Below are positions 41,966 to 54,622 of a stretch of DNA of 64,000 bases, one piece after another; within the stretch, counting starts at the first letter, position 1, and every line of letters starts with the position of its first letter. Position numbers and translations under genes: made by a program. The stretch is from Octopus vulgaris (Eukaryota). Location: contig OX597821.1 in assembly GCA_951406725.2 (NCBI GenBank), forward strand, positions 3,968,001-4,032,000, in the 5' to 3' direction. The notes beneath the pieces are model-generated. The model saw only the letters and a list, made by a program, of their open reading frames with translations, searched no databases and was not told the DNA's origin.

Positions 41966-42378
41966 ACTATTTACATTATTTACATTATTTACATTCGGCG
42001 GATATTTGTCCTCATCTTGTTTGTTGGTAACACAACGTCTCGGTGGATGTAGAGACTGAAAGCTAATACCACCTGGCTTGAATATAATGACACCAGTCGA
42101 TTCACATAAAGCTAAAAGTGTAGCGGAAAGGACAGGACATGCCCTCGTGCATGAGAGGATCCAGAACAACCGTAGGAAAAAACATCAACTAAATAACGAA
42201 ATCAAAGAGAGGTTATCTTCGTTAATTAGAGAAATAACCAGAGATGATGATAGAAAGAGAATCAAACAAGATCTGGAAAAGTCGTACATGCAAGAATCTG
42301 AAATGGTGAAGACATGCCAGATAAGGAAATTTATCCGTCGAATGAAAATAATGAAAATAATGTACATAATGTACATAA
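41966..42378 (+). mobile_element. Penelope/Poseidon-like ORF N-terminal fragment bounded by inverted pseudo-LTR ends
   Basis: CRD*KLIPPGLNIMTPVDSHKAKSVAERTGHALVHERIQ...QIRKF. Flanks tttacattatttacattcggcggata and tatccgtcgaatgaaaataatg...tacataa are inverted copies. Confidence 0.7.
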
Positions 42379-42649
42379 GTCGATTCTTTTGGAATATAAG
42401 CTCAGAGCGTGAGGACAGACGAAATGCTGTGAAGTATTTTTCTTAGCATGCTGATGCCTTTGACAGCTCACCACCTTCTCAATATGTGTAACATCGGTTT
42501 CAAGTTTTGGCACAATGCCAGAAATTTCGAAGGCGAATAGTTTATTACATCGAACTCAGTTCTTATTTGGGAAAAGTCGACCTCGGCAACATCTGAACTC
42601 AAAACGTAATGACGGATAATGATTCTTCTAAAGCCACCTTCTCATTATA

Positions 42650-43037
42650 TTCTTTACTCTTTACTCTTTTACTTGTTTCAGTCATTTGACTGCGGCCATG
42701 CTGGAGCACCGCCTTTAGTCGAGCAAATTGACCCCAGAACTTAGTCTTTAGAAGCCTAGTACTTATTCTATCGGTCCCTTTTGCCGAACCGCTAAGTTAC
42801 GGGGACGTATACACACCACCATAGGTTGTCATAGACACACAAGCATATACACAAACATACATATACATATATACGACGGGCTTCTTTCAGTTTCCATCTA
42901 CCAAATCCACTCACATGGCTTTGGTCGGCCCGAGGCTATAGTAGAAGACACTTGCCCAACGTGCCACCAAGTCGGACTGAATCAGGAACCATGTGGTTGG
43001 TAAGCAAGCTACTTACCACTCAGCCACTCCTGCGCCT
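42650..43037 (-). mobile_element. SINE family A, full length
   Basis: tRNA-like head ggagtggctgagtggtaag, CORE-like ttgggcaagtgtcttctactatagcctcggg, internal TA/TG tract, tail ggcggtgctccagcatggccgcagtcaaatgactgaaac(aagagta)n. Confidence 0.85.
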
Positions 43038-43279
43038 CTTATTACGTGTAATACTGAGCGCCAACAATAAAATACAAAGCAGCTTGCACCTTTCAAAATT
43101 AGCGATCATGAAAATGTCAATAACTGAAATAAACTTGTATGAATTTGGGAAGAATACTTTTGTTTTGTTTTCTGAAATAATACTGAAAATAATACAACTG
43201 TGCATTTAGCATTGGAGAAAACAATAGATATTCACGATTAGTAAAATCAGTACAGCGCCGCAGAAAGCGCTTCGGTATT

Positions 43280-43825
43280 AATTTGCGCCCTTTTAATTTT
43301 TGAGTTTGAAGCGATATAAATTTAACATGGTATATACCACTACTGTGTAATTAGTTATACGCTAGTGGAGTACTGAAGGCGATTAGCGTCTCTTTCCATG
43401 TCTCGGACTAAAATTGTGAGGGCTTAATTGAGAAATCCGTATGTTAAGCATGGAACTTGTGATTACAATACCTAAATACTCCTTCAGCATGACTAATAGT
43501 TAGTTAAGTATCATAGATAACCGGTTTTGTGAATTTAGAAATTCTGAATAACGAAAATTAAACTCATAAGAAGATCCGTTCACTAACTTAATGACGAACT
43601 GTTGTTAACAAGAGTTGAGAAGATAACCACCGAAATTTAAGTTTAAACCATTAGAATTAATTAAAATCATATGAATTGACATTATAAGTTCATCATACTT
43701 CGAAATTATAATGTCATCTTTCCCTAAAAGTCCAATAGAAGTATTTGGTTATCTAAAATCTGTAGTAAATGATATTAAGTAATTTACTGATGAGGTCTGA
43801 TAAGACAGAAACATATCTGAAGTTG
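43280..43825 (+). mobile_element. decayed PLE 3' end: GIY-YIG remnant plus degenerate hammerhead
   Basis: NMVYTTTV, STEG, AWNL, FCEFRNSE (compare FCLLCNSE at 56897). CTGATGA-g-gtct gata agac-a-GAAA-catatc at 43787-43817. Confidence 0.55.
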
Positions 43826-45204
43826 TTACGTCGATCCTAAGAATGAGAATCACGCCGCTTGTCTTTCAATGTTAATTATTTTCATACTTGTTGACTTCCT
43901 TATGGCAAGAATATGAAAACTTTGTATTTAAGATATTCTTTTCGTTTAAAATATTACATTTAGTGTAAACAACATTCCGTTAAAATACAAAGAACCTTTG
44001 AATTAATTAGAATGTTATTAAATTTACTCCGGTTTTCATTTTGTAAAAAAATAGATGTTATATAAGACGATTTTAATTGCGTAAATTATCGAAATTTAGC
44101 TTGTTTTTCTCAATGCTGATTTAATAAATAATCTTTTAACATTGTGTGACTTAACATTTTCATTTCATAAATAATGTATTTCATATCCTGCAAGTTCAGT
44201 ATTTATATTATACAATATTTGTTTTTACATAGATGAGTTCCTCGCCATCATAATTCCCAGTCAAGCTTCTATTTGCATCATTAATTTGTGTATTTCTCGC
44301 TGTTTTCAAAGACACTTAACTAATAGTTTTAGCAAGAGAAATAAGCATATAAAAGTTCTATGGAATCAATTTAAATTCTCCACCCACGTTTCTTTCCAAA
44401 ACTGCATTAGCTATTTGTATCATATTTAAATTGTCTAACTATTGGTCAAATTTTAATTAACTGAAATCTTTCCTCTCACTATATTAAGTATTATAGCGCT
44501 ATTTACATGGCTATAATAGTCGTTAATTGTTGTATATTAATTAATTTATCGTAGATTAATTGTCATAGATTAAGTAAATGTCATGCTTAAATATTGCATT
44601 AAATATGTACACGTTTGTTAAATTTAGTAAGATAAGGCTAAACCGTCGAAATGTTAAATTCTACAACTTGTTCCCCGAGTGCATTCGGCGATATAAATTC
44701 AACTGCTATCTTTTGGACAATGTTTTCGATTTTCGAATAATTCTCCTTTCCGTCATATTTGTCCGACAAATTGTTTTGCTAGCTGATTCTGAATCTAACT
44801 CTATAGGGTCTCTCAGAGGAATAAACATAGATCAATTGGAGGAATTGTCAAATTCTACGAAACACCTAATAGCAACTTCTACATGGTTCGATACACTACA
44901 TCATTCATTTAGTGAGAGGTTAATATAAGGACAATAAAAGGGGGGAAAAAAACAGGAATTAATATGTGAAAAATTTAGAGTTAGGATTATTTTAATAATC
45001 TAGTGTATCACTGCCAAACTGGTGAAATTTGGCCGGCGTTACAGTTATGTTTGTATTGGCAGAGTCATTAAAGCACCCCAAAAAGGATTTTCGGTATTTC
45101 TTACATTCTTCGTAAATTCAAATCACGTTGAGCTCAAATTTAACTTACCAATTCCGGGGTTGATTAATAAGGTACTATTTACGATTTGAGTTTGAGTGTA
45201 CCTA

Positions 45205-45428
45205 TTTCTTTATTACCCACAAGGGGCTAAACACAGGGGGGCAAACAAGGACAGACATAGGTATTAAGTCGATTACATCGACCCCAGTGCGTAACTGGTA
45301 CTTAGTTTATCGACCCCGAAAGGATGAAAGGCAAAGTCGACTTCGGCGGAATTTGAACTCACAACGTAATGCAGACGAAATACCGCTAAGCATTTCGCCC
45401 GGCGTGCTAACGTTTCTGCCAGCTCGCC
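45205..45428 (-). mobile_element. SINE family C (head + long unit)
   Basis: Reverse complement of the 46101-46335 segment. Confidence 0.85.
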
Positions 45429-45514
45429 GTGTACCGATTAATTACTTAGCTTCAAAACAGCTTGTCTTGCACAAAAATTACAAATAATTACCATTATTTC
45501 TGACGGTGTTGAAG

Positions 45515-45960
45515 GCAGTGAGGTGGCAGAATCGTTAACACACAAGCAAAATGCTTAGCGGCATATCATCCGTCCTTACATTCTGAGTTGAAATTCCGCC
45601 GAGGTCGGCTTTGCCTTTCATCCTTTCGAGGTTGATAAATTAAATTACGTTGAAATTCTGGGGTAGATGTAATCGACTAGTCCCTTTCCACAAAATGCCG
45701 GGCATTGTGCCTTTAGTAGGAAAGAAAGGGTTATTTCTGGTGGTGGTGCTAGCGCGACGGATACAACATCAAACAGCATTTGGGTCATTTAATACTGACG
45801 TTCAAATCCTGCTGAGATCCAGTTTGTCATTCATCATTTTGGGGTCGATAAAATAAGTACCAGTTAAGCACTGAGATGAACGTAATCAACAAGCCCCCCA
45901 ACCCCGATCAATCCCCGCCTTCTCCCAGATTTTCAAGTCTTGTGCTACCAGCAGAAAGGA
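45515..45960 (+). mobile_element. two SINE family C short-unit copies
   Basis: gaggtcggctttgcctttcatcctttcgaggttgataaa and ggggtcgataaaataagtaccag blocks. Confidence 0.75.
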
Positions 45961-46100
45961 AATGATTGTTACGCTTTTAGGTGACGAACCGGAAGAGTTG
46001 TCACCGCGGCAGAGAAATTGTTTACTGGCATTTCTCCCGAGTTCGCTGAGGTCAAAATTGCATTTCATCATTTCAGGGAGAATAATATAAGTAACAGCAA

Positions 46101-46942
46101 GGCGGCGAGCTGGCAGCAACGTTAGCACGCTTGGCGAAATGCTTAGATGTATTTCGTCTGCCGATACGTTCTGAGTTCAAATTCCACCGAGGTCGACTTT
46201 GCCTTTGATCCTTTCGGGGTCGATTAAATAAGTACCAGTTACGCACTGGAGTCGATATAATCGACTTAATCCGTTTGTCTTTCCTTGTTTGTCCTCCCTG
46301 TGTTTAGCCCCTTGTGGGTAGTAAAGAAATAGGTATTTCGTCTGTCTTTACGTTCTGAGTTCAAATTCCATCGAGGTCGACCTTGCTTTTCATCCTTTTG
46401 GGTCAATAAATTGAGTACCAGTTCCCAAATACGGTCGATCTCAATCGACTAGCCCCCTCCCCCCAAATTTCGAGCCTTGTGCCTAGAGTAGAGAAGTTTA
46501 TGTTCTAAGTTCAAATTCCGCTATGGTCGACTTTGCCTTTCAGCTTTTTGGGGTGGATAAAGTACCACTTCTGTAGTGGAGTAGGTCTAATCGACTGTCC
46601 CTCTCCCACAGAATTTCCGGCCTTGTGCCTAGAATAGAAAAGTTTATTTTGTGAGCTCAAATTCCGCCGTGGTCGATGTTGCATTTCATCCTTAACAGGT
46701 CAATAAATCAAGTACCAGTTGTGTACTGGGTCGATCTAATCGACAGGCCCACTCCCAAAAAATTTCCAGCCTTATGCTAGAATAGGCACAATTTATGTTC
46801 TGAGTTCAAATTCTGCCGAGGTCGATTTTGCCTTTCATCCTTAAGAGCTCGTTAAATTAAGTGCCAGTTGTGTACAGGGTTCGCTCCAATCGACTGTCCT
46901 TATCCCTAATAATATCGGGCCTCGTGCCTAGAGTAGAAAAGA
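46101..46942 (+). mobile_element. SINE family C: head + one long unit + four short tandem units
   Basis: ttctgagttcaaattcc recurs at about 46169, 46353, 46503, 46651 and 46798. Confidence 0.9.
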
Positions 46943-47536
46943 ATACAAAAAACAGCCGAGTAATCAGATTAATTTAATCGACGCACAATCTGCTTTCAAA
47001 TTGCCACCTCTGTGCCTGAATCCGGTGTTTATTGATGTTTCTGATACCGTATATTTCATAGATGTTAAATGTTCCTTTCGTTGTCGCTTATGTCGTGACC
47101 TTCCGGTTATGTTTGTTCACCAGAATGTAGGTCTTACAGCGTTTATATTTCAATTGTCTTATTTTACCTTATTTCACTCAATCATATTCTTAATTAGAGT
47201 GCAAATTATTCAACATGCATTCTTCGACTTCCATTTTCCAACCTATATTCCACCTATGTTCTTCCATATTATTTTATTTCATTTCATTTATTTATTTTAT
47301 TTAATTATTTACTTTATTTATTTATTTATTTATTCTTCGATTCTATTCTCTTTCCGATATAAAACAAGGAAAGAAAATGCAGATTTCCTTTTTTTTTTCT
47401 TTTCTTTTGCTTGCTCTTTCTGTTGTTATTGTTGTTGTTGATGTCACAATTGTTGTAGATGTTGTTGTTGTTGCTCTAGCTGCTACTGTTTTTGTTGATT
47501 TTACAAAGATTCCAATCTCTTTGAAACAGAAATTTT

Positions 47537-48915
47537 GATGATGATGATGATGTCGACGAGGAGGATGAGGAGGAAGACGTCGACGACGTCGACAATGATG
47601 ACGACGATAATCATGATGATGATGATGATGATGATAAAATCGATGGCTTTCATGATGTTTCGATCAGGCCAAAGATGATGATGATGTTCATGTCAGTGAT
47701 GGCGATGATGGTGACGGTGATGAGGTTGAAGATGTTGATAATGATGATGATGGCTGTGGTTCTGGTGGTGGTGGTAGTGATGGTGGTGGTGATACTATAC
47801 TTCGTTTGCCATTTATTTGTTTTTTTTTCATAGACATTGATGTTACTGTTGCTATTGTTGTTTTCGTTGTTGTTGCTTTTGGTGTTGTTGTTGTCGTTGT
47901 TGTTGTTACTGCTGCTACTGTTGTTGTTGTTATTGTTGTTGTTGATGCTGTTATCACACATAACTCCAGGTTATGAAACAAAACAAAGGGAGAAGTGAAG
48001 GCATAAGTTCTTCTTTTTGGCATTGTTTTCCAAGCTGTTGTTTACGAAACCTATTCTTGTTGTTGCTAACTTCGAAGATGATGATGATGACGATGATGAC
48101 GACGATGAAGATTATGAAGCTGTGGAGGAGGAGGACGACGAGTGTGGGGATCATGATGAGGATGATGAGGATGATGGTGATTGTGATGGTGGTGATTGTT
48201 GTGGTAGGGATTATGATGGGGATGAGGACGGTATTGATGGTGTTGCTACTGATGATAATGAAGATGACGATGATGATTACGATGATGATGATGATGATGA
48301 TGATGACGGTGATTGTGGTGGTGGTAGTAGTGATGGTGGTCGCGTTGTGGTTGTGGTGGTGATGATGGCGATGTTGCTAATGATGATGATGAAGATGACG
48401 GTGATGATTACGATGATGATGATGATGATGACGGTGATTGTGGTGGTGGTAGTAGTGATGGTGGTCGCGTTGTGGTTGTAGTGGTGATGATGGCAATGTT
48501 GATAATGATGATGATGAAGATGACGGTGATGATTACGATGATGATGATGATGATGATGATGCTGATGCTGAAGACGATGAAGATTATGAAGCTGAGGAGG
48601 AGAGGGAGTAGGACGAGGGTGAGGAGGACGAGGGTGAGGAGGACGAGGGTGAGGAGGACGAGGGTTATGATGATGATGGTGATTGTGATAGTGGTGGTGG
48701 TGGTGGTGATGGTGACGGTGATGGTGATGAATATGGTGATGAGGACGGTGTTAATGGTGTTGGTACTGATGATGATGAAGATGACGATGATGATTACGAT
48801 TATGATGATGATGATGATGAAGATGATGACGATGATGATGATGATGATAACGATGAAGATTATGAGGCTAATCGTCATGGCGATCGTGATGATGATGCTG
48901 GCCATGATGATGATA
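47537..48915. repeat. GAT/GGT/GAG cryptic triplet repeat with higher-order duplications
   Basis: gaagatgacgRtgatgattacgat recurs four times; (gagggtgaggaggac)x3-4 at 48612-48665. Confidence 0.9.
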
Positions 48916-49024
48916 AAGACAATCGCCACCGGCAACAACGGCATCATAACCTATGGGGAAATATCAGGAATAGAACGCTAGATCTCTTAAACAATAGAAC
49001 CCATCCATAGCAGCGGCAGCAATG

Positions 49025-49357
49025 CTATTATCATTATTATTATCATTTTTACTCCTCTTCTTCTTCTCCTTCTTCTTCTTCTTCTTCTTCTTCTTATTAT
49101 TATTATTATTATTTTTATCATCATCATCATCATCATCATTATCATCGTTATTAATATTATTATCATTATTAGTATTATTGCTGTTACCATTATTATAATT
49201 AATATTATTATTAACATTATTATTATTATTATTATCATCATTATTATTATAGTAGTAGTTGTTGTAATAACAGCAGTAGTAGTAACAGCAGTAGTAGTAA
49301 CAGCAGCAGTAGTAATATTAGTAGCAGCAACAGCAGTAGTAGTAGTGGTAGTAATAA

Positions 49358-49415
<58 letters not shown>
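49025..49415. repeat. (CTT)n/(ATT)n/(ATC)n/(AGT)n compound microsatellite
   Basis: Direct reading. Confidence 0.95.
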
Positions 49416-49416
<1 letters not shown>

Positions 49417-50259
49417 ACTGTTTTTGTTGTTTTTTGATGTTTTTTGATGTTGCTAGTATTGTTATCAAATATGCCTTCTGGATATGAACGTAAAAGACAA
49501 GCAAAATGGATTTGTTTGCTTTTCCAATGCAGGTTGTGTCTGTCGGTATGTCTGTTTTCACTTGTAGGCGACTGTGTGTGTGTGTGTGTGTGTGCGTGTG
49601 TATGTGTATTCCTCTGAACGCGGACGGGTTTTCCTATACTCTTGTTTTGCACGTTCTGCGGATGTATACACTTCTGTGAGTTAACTATGTGCGTGTGCGT
49701 CTGTGTGTGCATGTGTGTGTTTGTGTGTGTGTGTGTGTGTTTGCGTGTGTGTGTGTTTGCGTGTGTGTGTGTGTGTGTTTGTGTGTTTGTTTGTTTTACA
49801 TAGTTGTTGAGCATTGTGAAGCATGGTGAAGATGATTATAATAACAGCGATCACGGCGAAAACTATGCATGAAGACGTTAATGATGATGATGATGAGTAG
49901 GAGGAGGAAAAGAAGATTTAGAACAAAAACAACATCAGCAACAAGGAGAAGACGAAGATCAAGAACAATAACAAGAAGACGAATTTATAGATAGTAATGT
50001 TGTGGATTTTATTATTTTATTTTTCCTGTTTTTTTTTTGTCGATATTGTTGTTGCTGTTGTTATTGTTTCAACACATTCTATTTTTGTTACCTTTCTGTT
50101 GTTCAAACTTTCGATTGTTATTCATGTTCGTGTGGACGTCATCGCTGTTGCTAGCGTTTTGTTCTTGTTTTTTTTTATGTTTGTGTACTTTGTTTATTTT
50201 TTATTCTCCATATTTTGTACCATTGACCTAACAACATTATTTTCTTTTTGTAGTTGTAC

Positions 50260-50398
50260 GGTAAGAAGTAGGCTTCTCAACCACATGGTTCCGGGTTCAG
50301 TCCTACTGTGTGTCACCTTCGATGAGTGTTTTTGCTATAGCTACGGGTCGACGAAATACTTCTGAGTTGATATGGTAGGCGGAAAGTGAAAGAAGCCC

Positions 50399-50468
<70 letters not shown>

Positions 50469-50624
50469 AATATACATGTACGTATGTATGTAGGCGCAGG
50501 TGCGCCTATGTGGTAAGAAGCTTGCTTCTCAGCCTCATGTTTCTTTTACTATACCCACGGGCCGACCAGATCCTTGTGAGTGGATTTGGTAGACGGAAAC
50601 TGAAAGAAGCCCGTCGTATATATT

Positions 50625-50655
<31 letters not shown>

Positions 50656-50845
50656 CCATCCTTGTGTCTGTGTCCCAATTACCTCTTGAAAACCGGTGTG
50701 GGTTTGTTTACCTCCCCTTAACTTCTAGGTTACGGGAAGGTAATAGGCTTAAGAAAGAGAAGTACAGCTGTCGATTCAGTCGACCAAAAGTTATTCTAGG
50801 TGGTGACCCAGCATTCGCCTAAAGCAGATAGAAAATAAATATAAG
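50260..50845 (+). mobile_element. two adjacent SINE family A copies
   Basis: caaccacatggttccgggttcagtcc head, and ttgtgagtggatttggtagacggaaactgaaagaagcccgtc (twice, diverged). Confidence 0.8.
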
Positions 50846-50851
50846 AAAAGC

Positions 50852-50918
50852 GGCCGAAATGTTGTCTTAACAACAAATAAAATGACGACAAATGTCCGCC
50901 AAATGTAAATAATGTAAG
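50852..50918 (+). mobile_element. PLE pseudo-LTR 3' end fragment
   Basis: gccgaaatgttgtcttaacaacaaataaaatgacgacaaatgtccgccaaatgtaaataatgtaa is the reverse complement of 41966-42042. Confidence 0.75.
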
Positions 50919-52169
50919 AAAAACATCATTTGACTTCACTAAAACCACCGAATATCATAAAAAGTGTTATAAACCGGGCGACAGGTTAAATCTACCAGCC
51001 AAGAAAGCTATTGCGAGATTTTGAGCGCAGGCCCCAAAGAAGCAGAACAATTATCACCAGGGATCTGTTCCAGCATCCTTGCAGTTCCGACAATTCTCTA
51101 CCTTGGATTGTTACTCTTCTATCGTCCCCGAAGGTATGGAACAAGTTGATCACATCGGAACTTGAAATCATAACACATTATAATATAGCCAACGTTTATT
51201 GCTTCTGTCTTGTTCATCTCGCTAGGGATATTGCGTAGAAAATTACCATAGTCTCGCATTTATTTGTTATTCATAACGTTGAAACTCCTCTTTATAAACT
51301 TAGTAACGTAGTATTCAATATCAACATTATTTTTCGAAAATCGTTTGAACGTATCAAGAGCGCAGCGATTTTTGATGCATTTTGGATGTGTTCCCAAACA
51401 GAATTAAGACGTAATGTTTGTTTTCTGCCGATATATATTTAATGGTTTTCTTTGCATGCATGCAAAATGTGGTGCTATAAATGCCAGCTAAGAGAGGTTT
51501 TTTTTTTTTTTTTACCTTTTGAACCTCAGTATAACTCAGCAAATATGCATCTTTAAAAACAAGAATTAGCACAGATATTTAAGAGTAAAAAAACCCGAAC
51601 ATGACGAAAAACTGGTAATGACATTTCGGTGAACCGGTTCGCTGATGGATTCTAATGGTGTTTCTGGCAAAATGCAACACATTACAAACACATGTATAGA
51701 TACGTAAAATAACACAATAGGAAAAATGGAGAGCATCTTACAATTCGAAAATGAAAAAGTTTAATAACCTTTAAATATTTCAGGCACAAATTCCCATCAT
51801 CATAAGTAAGCAGTAAGAAATGTTAGTCTATTACATTGCTGGTATTACTTAGAATAACATTTCTTTGCAGTTTCTTTTTTATCTGATGGTGTTCCTCTGT
51901 GTCTGAAATATATAGAAATTATTAAAAAATCTTTCTTATTCTCATTGTAAGAAGCTCTCGGTCTTCAGGATTTTGTTTTTTACTAATCACAATGCTTCGA
52001 GCAAGCAACACTCTCCCACATATAGGTTTTACGAACAGAAAATGATTCCAGTGAATGTTTGGTATGGTTTATTCACGTGAACAACATACAGGATATCGGT
52101 GATACGTAATGGATAGCTGTGCGTTTTTGCCCATATAAATCCTAAGTTTCTAAACAAATCATTAATAAA

Positions 52170-52330
52170 TAGGAGTGTATGTGTCATAAGTAGCTTGCTT
52201 ACGAACCACATGGCTTCTGGTTCAGTCCCACTGCGTGGCACCTTGGGCAGGTATCTTCTTTCTCAGCTTTGGGCCGACCAAAGACTTGTGAGTGAATTTG
52301 GTGGATGGAAACTGAAAGAAGACCGTAGTA
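52170..52330 (+). mobile_element. SINE family A 5' half
   Basis: taagtagcttgcttacgaaccacatgg...cactgcgtggcaccttgggcag...gaaactgaaagaag. Confidence 0.8.
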
Positions 52331-52341
52331 CATATGTATAT

Positions 52342-52531
52342 AGATCGTTAGCCACTAGACACATTTTTTCTCTCCTTTTTTTCTCTCCTTGCTTTTTCTG
52401 TGTTCCTTTCTGTAGAAGAGCGTAGGCTCGAAATGTAAAAGACTTTTTTCTATTCCTGAGCGTTATACTAATACATTTGTTTGTTTTGTACACCACCTGT
52501 CTTCGTCTTTTGTTTTTTTCGTAAACTCTCA
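52342..52531 (+). mobile_element. short PLE pseudo-LTR-like repeat (copy 4), inserted in the TA tract of a family A SINE
   Basis: gatcgttagccactagacac...ctttctgtagaagagcgtaggctcgaaatgtaaaagac. Confidence 0.65.
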
Positions 52532-52554
52532 CTATATATATACATATATATTAT

Positions 52555-53214
52555 ACAACAGCGTCTGATAGAACGTTTTCAATCTCTGCTGCCGTCATTA
52601 CCATCGCCGTCTCCATCTCCGTCGATGTCAACTTGTACACATCAACAACTACACAGGTTTAACTCACGCTGTTTGTGTGAATCTTTCAGAGAAGAAAAAC
52701 AGTTAGCTACCTTAATAACTATCTATATCAAGAGACTTGGTTCGGCATCGAAGCCCCAACCGCTGCATGCACCACAAGTGCCTCAACTGGCCTCCACCAC
52801 GAGACCCCCAACATCTTGCTATAGAATTTACTATTGTGTACCTCATGAACTGGTAAACTAACTCTATCTGAACTCAATATGCTGAGACTTATCTTATGTT
52901 CTGTATTTCTGTTGTATATGCATACAACTTTGTCTGTACCTTCTGTCGCACACTCGGACACACAGACATAAATACAATGCGCACGCATTCATACATAACA
53001 CTACGCTAGCACTCACAACACTTTCACTTTGTACACTGTGTAAATAAAGTCTTCTTCTCTCTCAAACAGTAGAACGGCTTGTCGTCCTTCATTATATCTT
53101 TTGGCACTGTATGTTATATTATGTATATTGTTTCTTATTATGTTGGGGGTGACCGTGTGGCGTTTAAAGGGAGACATTTGTAACCGACTCTTTACGTGCG
53201 GTCGTATTCCTACA
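52555..53214 (+). mobile_element. possible solo LTR-like segment
   Basis: Non-microsatellite block with AATAAA at 53043, GT-rich downstream sequence and a ...TACA end. No clear 5' TG or TSD. Confidence 0.25.
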
Positions 53215-54233
53215 TTGTCAAAAGCCAGCAATTTCTGAGTGAAGTGGGTGGAGATGGGGGGCGAGTCTGGTCGATCACATTGATTCCAGTACTCGATTAA
53301 TATGTAATTTTCTTACTACTGCGAAAGTCTAAATGGTGAAGCCGACAGTGGAAACGGCGGTGGGATTTGAACTCAAAACGTAAGGGAACAGAAGATATGC
53401 CGCGAAGCATTTTTGTCCAACGATTTTACCAGTACCTACCTTAATAAACCTGCGTATATGAAAAGTTAAATTAAACTTGATAAATATATTTGCATATATT
53501 AACACATTTCTAAACAGCTTGTTCAAACGTTAAATTACTTGTGTGTTACCAGTGTTTCGTTTCACACAATCTGATCTAATAATCCTAACGGAAAGTTATA
53601 TAGTTTAATATAGTGAGACAAAACTTTAATATACCTGTTAATGTCATTTTTAAGCTTGCTGCTTCGAAAAGTGTTAAAATGCTCATTTTGATTTCGCCAT
53701 TTTATTTTCATTCACAACAACAGTGGGTTTTCAAGCAGGGCTTCCGTGTTTAAGTGGTCAACGTACCCAGCTGCTGATCAACATAAGTAGAAGATTCGGA
53801 GCAAACACCTGCAAATTTTATATCTTCGTTCTCTCAACGGACATACTAACATTGTGTAGGTGAATTGTTTACAATCGTCGTAAGATAGCACAGGCTAAAA
53901 CCACCTTTAGGTTATTTGTGTAGTGCATGAGAATAATGAGACAAAACAATGCTAACACACAGATGTACATCTGTATATGTTTATTATGTAGATATATACG
54001 TTATCTGAATGGTTTCCGTTTTCAGCTCTCACTAGCAGGCTATTCAACTTACCTGTTTATCTTATAGATTGGTTCTTCATCATTTTATAAATACCTAAGT
54101 GTGAGTAGAAATGCTTCGGTTTTGTCGAAAGCATATAGTAATGCTATCTGATTAGAAATATAGTGATATTAGTTTTCACTGTTAGGGCATTTCAGTTTTA
54201 TTTGGATTTACTCGTCACAACTTCTTTGTCGTA

Positions 54234-54275
<42 letters not shown>

Positions 54276-54284
54276 AATTTAAAA

Positions 54285-54532
54285 AATGTACCCTTTTAAA
54301 GCCTAGTCAGGCTCATGGGCACTGTTTCCCGGTTTCTATGGCATATGTGTTCCCCAGCTGGACGGGATGCCAGTCCACCGCAGCGTTACTCATTTTTGCC
54401 AGCTGAGTGGACTGGAACAACGTGAAATGAAGTGTTTTGGTCAAGAAAACGACGCATCGCCCGGTCCAGAAATCGAAACCACAATCATACGATCATGGTG
54501 CTGACACCCTAGCCACTAAGCCACACACCTCC
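54285..54532 (-). mobile_element. SINE family B, near full length
   Basis: Homologous to 23370-23620. Confidence 0.8.
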
Positions 54533-54535
54533 ACG

Positions 54536-54594
<59 letters not shown>

Positions 54595-54622
54595 GTATGT
54601 GTGTATGTGTGTGTGTGTTTGT

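Noticed and set aside
46169-46942. Regularly spaced repeats resembling a CRISPR array
   Set aside because: Whole units, including the supposed spacers, are homologous; there are no cas genes and the context is eukaryotic.
51040-51160. Minus-strand GTARMLEQI resembling an R4-type C-terminus
   Set aside because: Too short and frameshifted to support a call.
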